Positions 39,159 to 49,821 of a DNA stretch of 64,000 bases are shown in pieces. The notes beneath the pieces are model-generated. The model did not search any database. It was not told where the DNA came from and was given only the letters and a program-made list of their open reading frames with translations. Where the stretch lies: assembly GCA_965202585.1 (NCBI GenBank), contig OZ241834.1, positions 29,822,001-29,886,000 on the forward strand, written 5' to 3'. The translations under genes were made by a program, and so were the position numbers. Source of the DNA: Thalia democratica. Its lineage: Eukaryota. Every line of letters begins with the position of its first letter. The first letter of the stretch is position 1.

Positions 39159-39830
39159 ATGTCACTAGAAAAAGAGACACTAGGTGACTCTGCAGAGCAA
39201 CAAACTTCGTACACCAAAAGCACAACTAACCCCAGTTTCAGTGGTCAGCCACCTGGTGTACAGCAAAACTTGCCAAATCAACCAGTATATCAGCAGCAAC
39301 CAACTTTTAATGGTCCACAACCTGTTTTTTATAACTCACAGCCAACTTTTTATGGTTATCAACCAATTTTTAATGGTCCGCCGCCAGTTGTTTACCACCA
39401 ACCTTCCAACCAAGTAAGCAACAACATCAACATTTCAGTACCAATGGCAACCGAAAACGCAACCAACTCAGCTGGTGATTCCCCAAATCAACCAGTAAAT
39501 AACCAGCAACCAGCTACTAATGGTCCACAACAAGATGACTCAGTAAGAGAACAACCCGACGATTTTACAAATGATGCAAATCCCAGTGAGAGTAATCAGC
39601 CATCTGACGCACAACCTAACCTGCCAAATCAGCCAGTATACAGTCACAAACCAGCTTTAAATGGTCCACAACCAGTTGCTAACCAACAACCTTCTAACCA
39701 ATTAACCAATAACGTCGATATTTCGGTACCACCAGCCACCGGACCGACCAGCAATGGCGCCACCATCCAAGACGTGGCAGAAGATCAAGGCGCCGGATGT
39801 TTACGGGAACTTATTTGTTTTTTCCTTTAG
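39159..39830 (+). CDS. Cassette gene B, left copy: intact 223-aa Q/P/N-rich protein with a short Cys-containing hydrophobic tail; related to the LITAF N-terminal region but lacking the LITAF domain
   Basis: Uninterrupted ATG-to-TAG ORF preceded by an AG. Internally duplicated module (NLPNQPVY...NGPQP...NN.DISVP.AT) shared with the LITAF gene. Ends GAGCLRELICFFL*. An internal CAA|gtaagc at 39413 could allow alternative splicing. Confidence 0.65.
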   Translation: MSLEKETLGDSAEQQTSYTKSTTNPSFSGQPPGVQQNLPNQPVYQQQPTFNGPQPVFYNSQPTFYGYQPIFNGPPPVVYHQPSNQVSNNINISVPMATENATNSAGDSPNQPVNNQQPATNGPQQDDSVREQPDDFTNDANPSESNQPSDAQPNLPNQPVYSHKPALNGPQPVANQQPSNQLTNNVDISVPPATGPTSNGATIQDVAEDQGAGCLRELICFFL

Positions 39831-40240
39831 TTTTAAGATTTTTTACGAACTGTTTTGACTTGCCAAATAATGGCTCCAATAAGTTTAATTTAATGTCTAC
39901 TGCCTCTCAACAATCGGTGCTTTTGATTTGTTGCAGTTAGTTAAGTTTTGTGTACAAGGGTTTTATTTTGTTTTAGCTTAAAAAGACAACAATTGCAAAA
40001 CAGCTATAGTAGTTTTTATTTGACGTGGATAAGCTTTTTAGTCTCTAAAATCTAAATGACTTTTAAAATATTATACACTAAACTTTTAAATGCGTTAAAC
40101 TTGTCATTTTGATGATGTCTCGTGTTTTTTTCAATAATTAGTTTAAATTACTTTTATGAAAACAACTTTAACTATAATGCTTTTAAGTTCTATAAGTAAT
40201 CAAAAAAACTAAACAGATTTATACTAAAAGCTTTTGAAGA

Positions 40241-42067
40241 ATGTCGAATGAAAAGAAAGGTCTGCCACCAGATGGTGCTGTATCGCCGCAACCCCCAGCC
40301 TACGCCCCTGCAGCTGAAACGAAAACCCCCAGCAGTGAGAGCAGCAAATCATCTAACAATGAAAAAAGCTTGCCGAATCAACCAGTGAATCAGCAACCAG
40401 TTTTTAATGGTTCGCAACCAACTCTTTACTCGCAACCATCTTTTGTCGGTCAGCCTCCAGTTCTAAATCAGCAGCCAACTTTTGTAGGCCCACAACTAGT
40501 TCATAATGGTCATCAACCAGTTTTAAACCAGCAACCAGTTGTTGGTCCACATCCAGCTTACAATGTCCAGCAACCAGCTTTTGCCGGTCAGCCACCGGTA
40601 GCTTTCCAGCAACCAGCGAGCAACAACTTGACCAACAACATCAAGATTTCGGTGCCGATAACGACCCAAGCTCCTGACAACAGCGCCACCGGCACCAATG
40701 TGGTGGCAGACCTGCAGCGTTCGAACGCCCCGACCAACGTAGAGTGCCCCAACTGCAAACAGAACGTGGTCACGGTGGTCAATCACGTGAACAGTAAGTT
40801 TGTTGTCAATGAGAAAAAGTGGCTTCATGGTATTTTTATACTTTTAAAAGCAAGTTTTTTCGATTACGACTGGCCGACGAGTTTTTTTTTTGGTAAGAAG
40901 GAAACCTAGGTTTCGGTCTAGCGAGAGCTTGTGATGTAATAATCTAATAACGTATGATCAAAACTTCTTTTCATCAATACTTTTTTTTTCAATCTAGCGT
41001 CAAAAACTTGTTTGATTAAATAATAACTTTTATGATTTGAGGAAATTTTGACTTTTATTTGGTCACGAAACAAAAACAGAAGAAAAATGTAATAACTAAA
41101 ATAAAGTTCTAAACTTGAGGTTAAGAACTGTCAAAAAACAAATTTACTTTTTTTTCAGTACTTTGAAATTTTAGTAAATAGGGTCAAATTTTTTATGTAA
41201 CTTGATAAAAATAGCAAATACTTATTCAGATATGTTTACTAACCTTCGCTATTTTGTAACTAGTTGACAAATAAATCCTTAAAATATATAAAAAAAAGTA
41301 AATTTTATTTGTAGAGCGCACGAATGATTAGTGTGATATTTTGATTTATTTGTTTTGTATAAAATTCAAATAAAAACTATTCCTTTTCTAAAACAATCCA
41401 GTCCTAACAAGCTCAAGTTATTTGCTAAGCGCTAAATATTTACACTACAAACAATTGTGGTGATAATTTTTTTACTATTGTTTTTTAGTAAAAAGGTTTT
41501 TTTTCATATTTTTTAACAAACGTAACCACTTTTACATTATTTCTGGTGATAAACTTTTTGTAGTTTAATAATTGTACACAGGCAACTTTTTTTTTGAACA
41601 AACAACGTTTCACCTTACATTGTAGTTTTAGTTTATTTTGCTTGTAGTAATTTTTTTAGTAATTTTGTGTTTTTGTATAAACTATACGGTTATCAAATTA
41701 TCAAAATTATTTTTTTTTTTTGGCACAAACTTATCTTTTAATACATTACGAGACTTACAGGCAGCGATACCTGGATAATTATAAATATTTTTAAATTTGA
41801 CACAAACTTACTTTTTTTATAACATCATAATCGAAAACACTATCGAGTGTATTGTTTGACTTATAACAAATGCTCAGAAATTATAAAACCGGTTATTTTG
41901 CAGGCAGCACTACCTGGATAGCGTCCGGGATGATCTGCTTCTTCGGAGGATGCGCATGCTGCTTGTGTCTCATTCCTTTCTGCATAAACAGCATGAAAGA
42001 CGCGCAGCACACATGCCCTCACTGCAAGTTTCACATCGCCACCTGCCGCGACAAAACTTTTAAGTAA
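40241..42067 (+). CDS. LITAF-like: LITAF-domain protein (LITAF/CDIP1 family), 238 aa, 2 exons; intact copy
   Basis: Exons 40241-40793 (donor A|gtaagt) and 41904-42067 (acceptor ttttgcag|GC); 717 nt in frame. PPAY motif, Q/P-rich N-terminus, CPNC...hydrophobic stretch WIASGMICFFGGCACCLCLIPFC...HTCPHC: the LITAF zinc-ribbon signature. Confidence 0.92.
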
Positions 42068-42805
42068 AGTTTGTAAACTTTTCTCGAAAAATTCAACTTG
42101 TGTCAATGTTACTCCGTAAGAAAACTTTGTGTAAAATACATTTTAAAGGTAAAAAACTTTTGAATGAAGTTAATTTTTTTGTTTAAAAAAAATGCAGTTT
42201 GCGGAAATTTTGTTTCCGTTTGAAAACTTTTTTTTAAAAGAATCGTTAAAATTTTGATAGTTTTTTTTAAATTTTAGCACTTGTCTTTCAAAGGCTGCCT
42301 ATTTGATAAAAATTTAAAAGTTTTTTAATAATAAGTATTTTTGTTGACTTGAATACCTAGATATTCGTTTGAAGCCGTTTCTGTTTAAAGGTTTTCTTTA
42401 GTAACTTGTTTAACTTTATTTTGTTCCGAGTTTTTACTAAAAACTTTTTATAGAAAAGTTTTCATACTTTTGTGAAACTTTAGTGAACAAAAGCTTTTTT
42501 TTTCCACTTATGTACATAGTTTTATTTTAATGAAATAACTATTAATCCTCTTTGGTTGGACAGCGTTCAGTTTCTTTGAAATAAAATGCTTTCACTTGTT
42601 AAGTACTGAGACTTTTTTCTAGCTAAAAAAGTACAAGACTTTTTATAAATTTTTACTGCATTATTAATTAAGGTCCATAAATTTAAATTTGGAAAACTAC
42701 TAAATAAAAAGATTTTTTTTACTCCAAATATTTCACCTTTAGTAAATAATTAAAAAACTAAATTTAAAATAAGTTTGTGATTTTTTATTTGTATGTAGTC
42801 AATAC

Positions 42806-43762
42806 CAGGGGCGTCGCGTGGGGTGTTGCACTGCCACCTTAAAATTTTTTAAGAAAAATTTAGGTATCTATAACGTTTAATTTATTTTTTAGAATAAAAT
42901 CTCTTATAAAACTCCAATTTAGATAACGACTATTTTGCTCACTACACTGCCGCAAACGAACTCAAAACAGCAAAATTTCTTCAAGAAATACCGCAAAATC
43001 AATGTCTTGCGGTAAGTAAGCTAAGTTAAAAATTCCCTGAAATAGTACAGGCTTAAGTATCATTCCACAAGCTGTTGTAAAAAAAATCAAAAACAAAGCT
43101 AAGCAGAGCAGAGGCAACTCGAGCAGGGACAATGTCGAGATATTCACGCGATAAATTTATTTCAAAGCGGATGTTGTAAACTGTTTTACGCAGATTTCGT
43201 GACGTGCTTCCAGTATTGAAAAAACAAACATTTTTTATTATTAGGAGTTAATTTATTTTTAATGAATACGTAAGAAAAAAGAAGTTTTCTTTGCTTGATA
43301 TAAAATAAACAACATTTTGAAAGTTATGAACATTCGGTAGTTATTGGTGTGCTTTAAGTTAAGGTGCATTTCAAACATGTTAAATTTAAGATTCTTTCTT
43401 GATTAAGTTATAAGATACTTATTATATAATTGTATTATCATTTTTGTTTAAATGTAGTTTTAGTATAGAGTGATGTAATTGTATCTTTGGGTTGTTTAGT
43501 TTATGTAAATAAAATATAAGTCTTGTTTTGACTGTTGTACTAATCTACTTTACTTATCCCTATTACCCCTTAATAACATCTTTGTAACGGGATAACAACT
43601 CGAGCAGAGGCAACTTGAGCTGAGGCGACTCTAGCAGAAGCAACTAAAGCACCGACAACTCGAGAAGAAGCAATTAGAGCACCGACAACTCGAGCACAGG
43701 CTTCTCGGCAATTTTTTTTTTAATTTTGCACCACCTAAGAAAAATACCACGCAATGTTACTG
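42806..43762 (+). mobile_element. Second hAT-like copy at the inner end of the left arm; interrupted by an insertion, TSDs do not match
   Basis: 5' TIR caggggcgtcgcgtgg at 42806; degenerate 3' TIR ccacgcaatgttactg ending at 43762. Left flank gtcaatac versus right flank atagctag. Confidence 0.8.
43127..43595. mobile_element. 469-bp insertion within the hAT minisatellite, possibly a LINE 3' fragment
   Basis: Bounded by caactcgagcag at 43115-43126 and 43596-43607 (a TSD or simply the repeat unit). Absent from the other two hAT copies. LINE identity is a guess. Confidence 0.45.
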
Positions 43763-43849
43763 ATAGCTAGTAAACGTTTCAAAACTACGACTAAACACGC
43801 CTTTTTTTGCTGATAATTCTGAGTATACATTGCAAGTTTTAAATCATGA

Positions 43850-43955
43850 CCTCATGGTCCACCTGTGGCCCCTTTACTGCTCATGGCCTTCTAAATTTCT
43901 GTAGTTGACCCCAAGGGGGCCACTTGGCTTAGTTTTGTAAACCCTTCCCATATAC
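43850..43955. mobile_element. Probable hAT-MITE fragment in the palindrome spacer
   Basis: GC-rich ggtccacctgtggcccc...gggggccacttggc...aaaccct motifs of the kind seen in Charlie-like MITEs. Ends not defined. Confidence 0.3.
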
Positions 43956-45502
43956 CCTTAATTTATACCAAGATAGTTCAGCTTTCACGTTTTAAAAAAG
44001 CTATCATAAGTCTTAAGATGATAGTAAGGCTTTTTGATGTCGTGAGGGTCCCACTGACAAATCTTTGAGTTGAAAATAACAATCCAGTGGTTGACGCATA
44101 CACAAAACAAAAATTTGAAAAAAGTAAGTTGTTACATTTTAATTGTGTTATCAACTTTACTTGTTGTAGTATTTGTTCAGAAATGGGTAGGTCAATCCTA
44201 ATTTCTAAAATCTGATCTTGTTTTGCGGGATTTTATCAGAAACTATTAACAGCCATAGTTAGTTAAATTGATCAAAAACACAATCTTTTTTAAGATATAC
44301 AAGGTCACATTGTAAATCAAGAGCTGTCAATGATTAACTAAAGTTAAAAATGAGAAGTAAAATCTACACACTTATAGTTCAAACAAAAAGTTTCAAAACA
44401 AACTAAAAAAAACGATGTTACTAAAACTTTTTTTTCATAATAAAGTAAGCTTTTGTCCTTGCTGCAACACGCTCATCTACATTTTAAATATTACTACAAG
44501 TTCTATGTTTTAATAAATAAGTACAATTGACATAGTTGCATAAATGTTAGTAATTATAAACAAAGCTTTTCATGTTTTAACATTGACAAATAAAGTGCAA
44601 ACAATTACAACTGCTAGATTTAAGAAAGTGCTATTTATAACTGCTCTGCATAAAACATCTAAACTTGAATACTCAGACATTAAAAATATACCTTTTATAC
44701 CTTTCAAAAGGAAAATAAATATATTTTTTTGACTTTTAACAGTTACTGAAAGATTTTTTTTTTAAATAACTAAGTTTAAAGTATAACGGAATATTTTACT
44801 TGATACTCAACGCAAATTGTATGTTATCATAGCATATTTAGTAATCTAGCATAAATTGTTCAACTGTCAGTATGATTATACCACAATCCTACTAATAAAA
44901 ATTCCTCCTTAAAGTTACAACGTTTCAGTTTACATGTAACTTATTTTTAAAACTAATCTGTAGTTTTACCAGCATTGTTTAAAAGGGTATTATTTTGCAG
45001 GGGCTTGTGTGTTGCTTTAATTTGCTTCCTTAATGCTTTTAAAATTTTTGTCTAATAAAAACGGTGTTAGGTTTTTTGTTGCACAAACACGAGTCAATTT
45101 GCGTTCTAAAAGACAAAAGTTCCCGTTTAAATTTTTCTTACTCAAATTTAAACATGAACGTTAAAAAACAAAAAGCTAAAACAAGGTAATGAACTAGAAA
45201 ACCAAAAACACAATACATACAATGACTTTAGTTATTTTATTTACTTTTTTTCTTAAATATTAACATTTGCTTCCATGTTTAAACCAATGTTTTTACTGAA
45301 AAACTACTTTAAAGCTCATTTCTTTTTACTTTCCGGCTTTCGCTGCGCGTTTTCTGCCTTTTACTCGCAGCATGTTCAGGTGACAATTTTCTCTTTTTGA
45401 CCGCATTTTCCGTTTCGCACTTTCTATTAATCCGCTCGCCTGCTCCCGCCATTTCAACAGTCTTTTGGCATTCAAGAATCCAGTCGGAATAGTCGCGAGC
45501 GA

Positions 45503-45965
45503 TGCCTTTTCTTGAGTTGCTTCTTCTCGAGTTGCCTCTTCTCGAGTTGCTTCTTCTCGAATTGCTTCTTCTCAAGTTGCCTCTCCTTGAGATGCTTTTG
45601 TTCAAGTTGCCTCTGCTTGAATCGCCTGTGCTCTGCTTAGCTTTGTTTTCATTTTTTGTTTATAATAACTTGTTGAATAATACTTAAATCTGTACTGTTT
45701 CAGGGAATTTTCAACTTAGCTAACTTACCGCAAGATATTGATTTTGCGGTAATTTTAAAGAAATTATGCTGTTTTGAGAACATTTGCGGCTGTCAGCTAA
45801 GAGTTTGCGGCAGTGAAGTGAGCAAAATGGTCGTTTTCTAAATTGGAGTTTTATAAGAGATTTTCTTCTAAAAAATAACGAAAACGTAACAGATACTTAA
45901 TTTTTTCTTACAAAATTTTAAGGTGGTCCAATTGCGGCAGTGCAACACCCCACGCGACGCCCCTG
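45503..45965 (-). mobile_element. Third hAT-like copy at the inner end of the right arm; truncated in the minisatellite
   Basis: 5' TIR at 45965 on the minus strand with the same flank (gtcaatac) as the 42806 copy. No 3' TIR; joined at ~45503 to unrelated exon-like sequence. Confidence 0.85.
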
Positions 45966-46698
45966 GTATTGACTACATACAAATAAAAAAAACTTAAAGT
46001 TATTTTAAATTTAGTTTTTAAATATTTGTTAGAGTTGAAATGTGGAGTAAAAAAATTCTTTTTATTTAGTTGTTTTCCAAATTAAAGTTTATAGAACTTA
46101 ATTAAAAATGCAGTAAAAAGTTATAAAAAGTCTTGTACTTTTTTAGCTAGAAAAAAGTTTCAGTACTTAACAAGTGAAAGCATTTTATTTCAAAGAAACT
46201 GAACGCTGTCCAACCAAAGAGGATTAATAGTTATTTCATTAAAATAAAACTATGTACATAAGTGAGAAAATTACTTTTGTTCACTAAAGTTTTACAAAAG
46301 CATGAACACTTTTCTATAAAAGGTTTGTAGTAAAATCTCGGAACAAAATAAAGTTAAAAAAGTTACAAAAGAAAACCTTTAAACAGAAACGGCTTCAAAC
46401 GAATATCTAGGTATTCAAGTCAACAAAATACTTATTATTAAAAAAACTTTTAATTTTTTATCAAATAGGCAGCCTTTGAAAGACAAGTGCTAAAATTCTA
46501 AAAATAAGATCAAAAATTTAACGATTCTTTTAAATAAAAGTTTTCAAACGGAAACAACATTTCAGCAAATTGTTTTTTTTTAAACGAAAAACATAACTTT
46601 ACTTAAAATTTTTTTTCTATAAAAATGTTTTTACACAAAGTTTTCTTACGGAAATAACATAGACACAAATTTAATTTTTCGAGAAAAGTTTGTAAACT

Positions 46699-48477
46699 TT
46701 ACTTAAAAGTTTTGTCGCGGCAGGTGGCGATGTGAAACTTGCAGTGAGGGCATGTGTGCTGCGCGTCTTTCATGCTGTTTATGCAGAAAGGAATGAGACA
46801 CAAGCAGCATGCGCATCCTCCGAAGAAGCAGACCAACCCGGACGCTATCCAGGTAGTGCTGCCTGCAAAATAACCGGTTTTATAATTTCTGAGCATTTGT
46901 TATAAGTCAAACAATACACTCGATAGTGTTTTCGATTATGATGTTATAGAAAAGGTAAGTTTTTGTCAAATTTAACAATATTTAAAATTATTCAATTAGT
47001 GCTGCCTGGAAATTTTGTAATGTTTAGAAAAAATAAGTTTGTGCCAAATTAAAAAAATTATAACTTTGATATTTTAATAATCGTAGAGTTTATATGGAAA
47101 CACAAAGTTACTGAAGAAATTACTACAAATAAGTTAAATCAAAATTACAATGTATAGATAATTTTTTTTTTAAAGAAACAAGTTACCTATATACGATTAT
47201 TTATCTATAAAATTTTTATCATCAGAAATAATGTAAAAGTGGTTACGTTTGTTGAAAAATATGAAAAAAAAGCTCCCTGTGTACTAAAAAACAATTTTAA
47301 CAAATTTGTCACAACAAATTGTTTGTAGTGTAAATATTTAGCGCTTAGCAAATAACTTGAGCTTGTTAGGACTGGATTGTTTTAAAAAAGGAATAATTTT
47401 TATTTGAATTTTGTACAAAACAAATAAATCAAAATATCACACTAATCATTCGTGCGCTTTGTAAATAAAATTTACTTTTTTATATATTTTAAGAATTTTT
47501 TTCTCAAATAGTTACAAAATAGCGAAGGTAAGTAAGTATATTTGAATAAGTATTTGCTTTTTCAACCAACTTAAATAAAAACTTTGACCCTTTTTATTGA
47601 AATTTTAAAAAACTTAAATAAAAAGTAAATTTGTTTTTTGACACTTGTTAACCTCAAGTTATGAACTTTCATAGAGTTATTTACTCTTTTCTTCTGTTTT
47701 TGTTTCGTGACCAAATAAAAGTCAAAATTTTCACAAACCTTAAAAGTTATTACTTAATAAAACAAGTTTTTGACGCTAGATTGAAAAAAAAAGTATTGAT
47801 GAAAAAAACTTTTTATCACACGTTATTAGATTATTACATCACAAGCTTGAAACCTAGGTTTCGTTCTTACCAAAAAAAAACTCGTCGGCCAGTCGCAACC
47901 GAAAAAACTTGCTCTTAAAAGTATAAAAATACCATGAAGCCACTTTCTAATTGACAACAAACTCACTGTTCACGTGTTTGACCACCGTGACCACGTTCTG
48001 TTTGCAGTTGGTGCACTCTACGTTGGTGGGGGGCGTTTGAACGCTGCAGGTCTGCCGCTACGTTGGTCACGTGCGGAATAAAAATGCCGCTTTCGATTAA
48101 CTCTCGTTCGGAAGGTAAGCCACTGGCCGTGGTGTTGCTCGTTGCTGTTGGAAAGCTACCGGAGGCTGACCGACAAAAGTTGGTTGCTAGTTTAAAGCTG
48201 GTTGCTGACCATTATGAACTGGTTGTGGGCCAACAAAAGTTGGCTGCTGATTTAGAACTGGAGGCTGACCGACAAAAGATGGTTGAGAATAAAAAGTTGG
48301 TTGCGAACCATTAAAAAATGGTTGCTGATCCACTGGTTGGTTTGGCAAGTTATTTTCATTGTTAGATGATATGCTGCTCTCACTGCTGGGGGTTTTCGTT
48401 TCAGCTGCAGGGGCGTAGGCTGGGGGTATCGGCGATATAGCACCATCTAGTGGCAGACCTTTCTTTTCATTCGACAT
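46699..48477 (-). pseudogene. LITAF-like: LITAF-like, right copy; inactivated
   Basis: Exons 48477-47967 and 46862-46699 with intact splice sites. CAG>TAG at 48189-48187, a -1 indel, a second stop in the shifted frame, a +1 indel (C6) and CPNC>CTNC. Exon 2 is still open with only MI>LV changes. Confidence 0.85.
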
Positions 48478-48772
48478 TCTTCAAAACTTTTAGTATAAAT
48501 CTGTTTAGTTTTTTTGTTTACTTGTAGAACTTAAAAGCATGAATCTTTTCATAAAAGTAACTTAAACTAATTATTTAAAAAACACGTGACATCATCAAAA
48601 TGACAATTTGAAAGCATTTAAAAGTTTAGTGTATAATATTTTAAAAGTTGGTTAGGCTTTAGAGACTAACAAGCTTATCCACACTAAATAAAAACTACTA
48701 CAGCTGTTTTTCAATTGTTGTCTTTAAGATAAAACAAAATAAATCCTTATACACAAAATTTAACTAACTGCA

Positions 48773-49501
48773 TCAAATCAAAAACACCGATTGTTGATAG
48801 GCAGTAAACATTAAATTAAACATGTTTAAACCATTATTTGACAAGTCAAAATAGTTTGTAAAAATCTTAAACTGAAGGAAAAAACAAATAAGTTCCCGTA
48901 AACATCCGGCGTCTTGATCTTTTGCCACGTCTTGGATGGTGGCGCCATTGCTGGTCGATCCGGTGGCTGATGGTACCGAAATGTCGACGTTATTGGTTAA
49001 TTGGTTCAAAGGTTGTTTGTTTAAAACTGGTTGTGGACCATTTAAAGCTGGTTTGTGACTATGCACAGACTGATTTGGCAGGCTAGGTTGTGCGTCGGAT
49101 GGTTGACCACTCTCATTTGGGTTTGTTTTACATGTAGGGTCGTTGGGGTGTTCTCTTACTGAGTCATCTTGTTGTGGACCGTTAGTATATGGTTGCTGGT
49201 TATTTACTGGTTGATTTGGAGTATCATCAACTGAATTGGTTGAGTTTTCGGTCGCTATTGGTACCGAAATGTTGTTGTTGCTTACTTGGTTGGAAGGTTG
49301 CAGGTAGATAATTGGTTGCGGACTATTAAAAACTGGTTGATAACTATAAAAAATTTGTTGCTGCTGATATACTGGTTAATTTGGCAAGTTTTGCTGTACA
49401 CCAGGTGGCAGATCAATACTGGGGTTCGTTTTTCTTTTGTTGTACGACGTTCGTTGCTTTGCAGCGTCATTTGGTGTTCGGATCTCTTTTTCTCGTGACA
49501 T
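48773..49501 (-). pseudogene. Cassette gene B, right copy; single nonsense codon and lost terminal stop
   Basis: ATG 49501; CAA>TAA at 49378-49376; otherwise open. The left copy's TAG is CAG here (48874-48872), so the frame runs on to 48773. Confidence 0.8.
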
Positions 49502-49821
49502 CTTTAAAAAGTTTGGTATAAGTCTGTTTAAAATTGTTTATACGTGTAATTTTTTAATTATGAATTATTTTTAGTAAAAGTCTTGCTTACAGGTTGCGAT
49601 AAGAACATAACAAAACTATTGAAAATTTTAGCATATTTGGAAATAGAAAGTGTGTATGTAATAATGTTGTTTGAAGACAAGTATACTTGTAAATTTTAAC
49701 TCAAAACTATAATAATTATCTTTTAAATTTAATTTTAAGACTAGTACAAAACAATCATATAATGAAAAATTAACTGTAACAAATTAAAAAACACCAAACA
49801 TAAACAATTGAACACTAAAAG

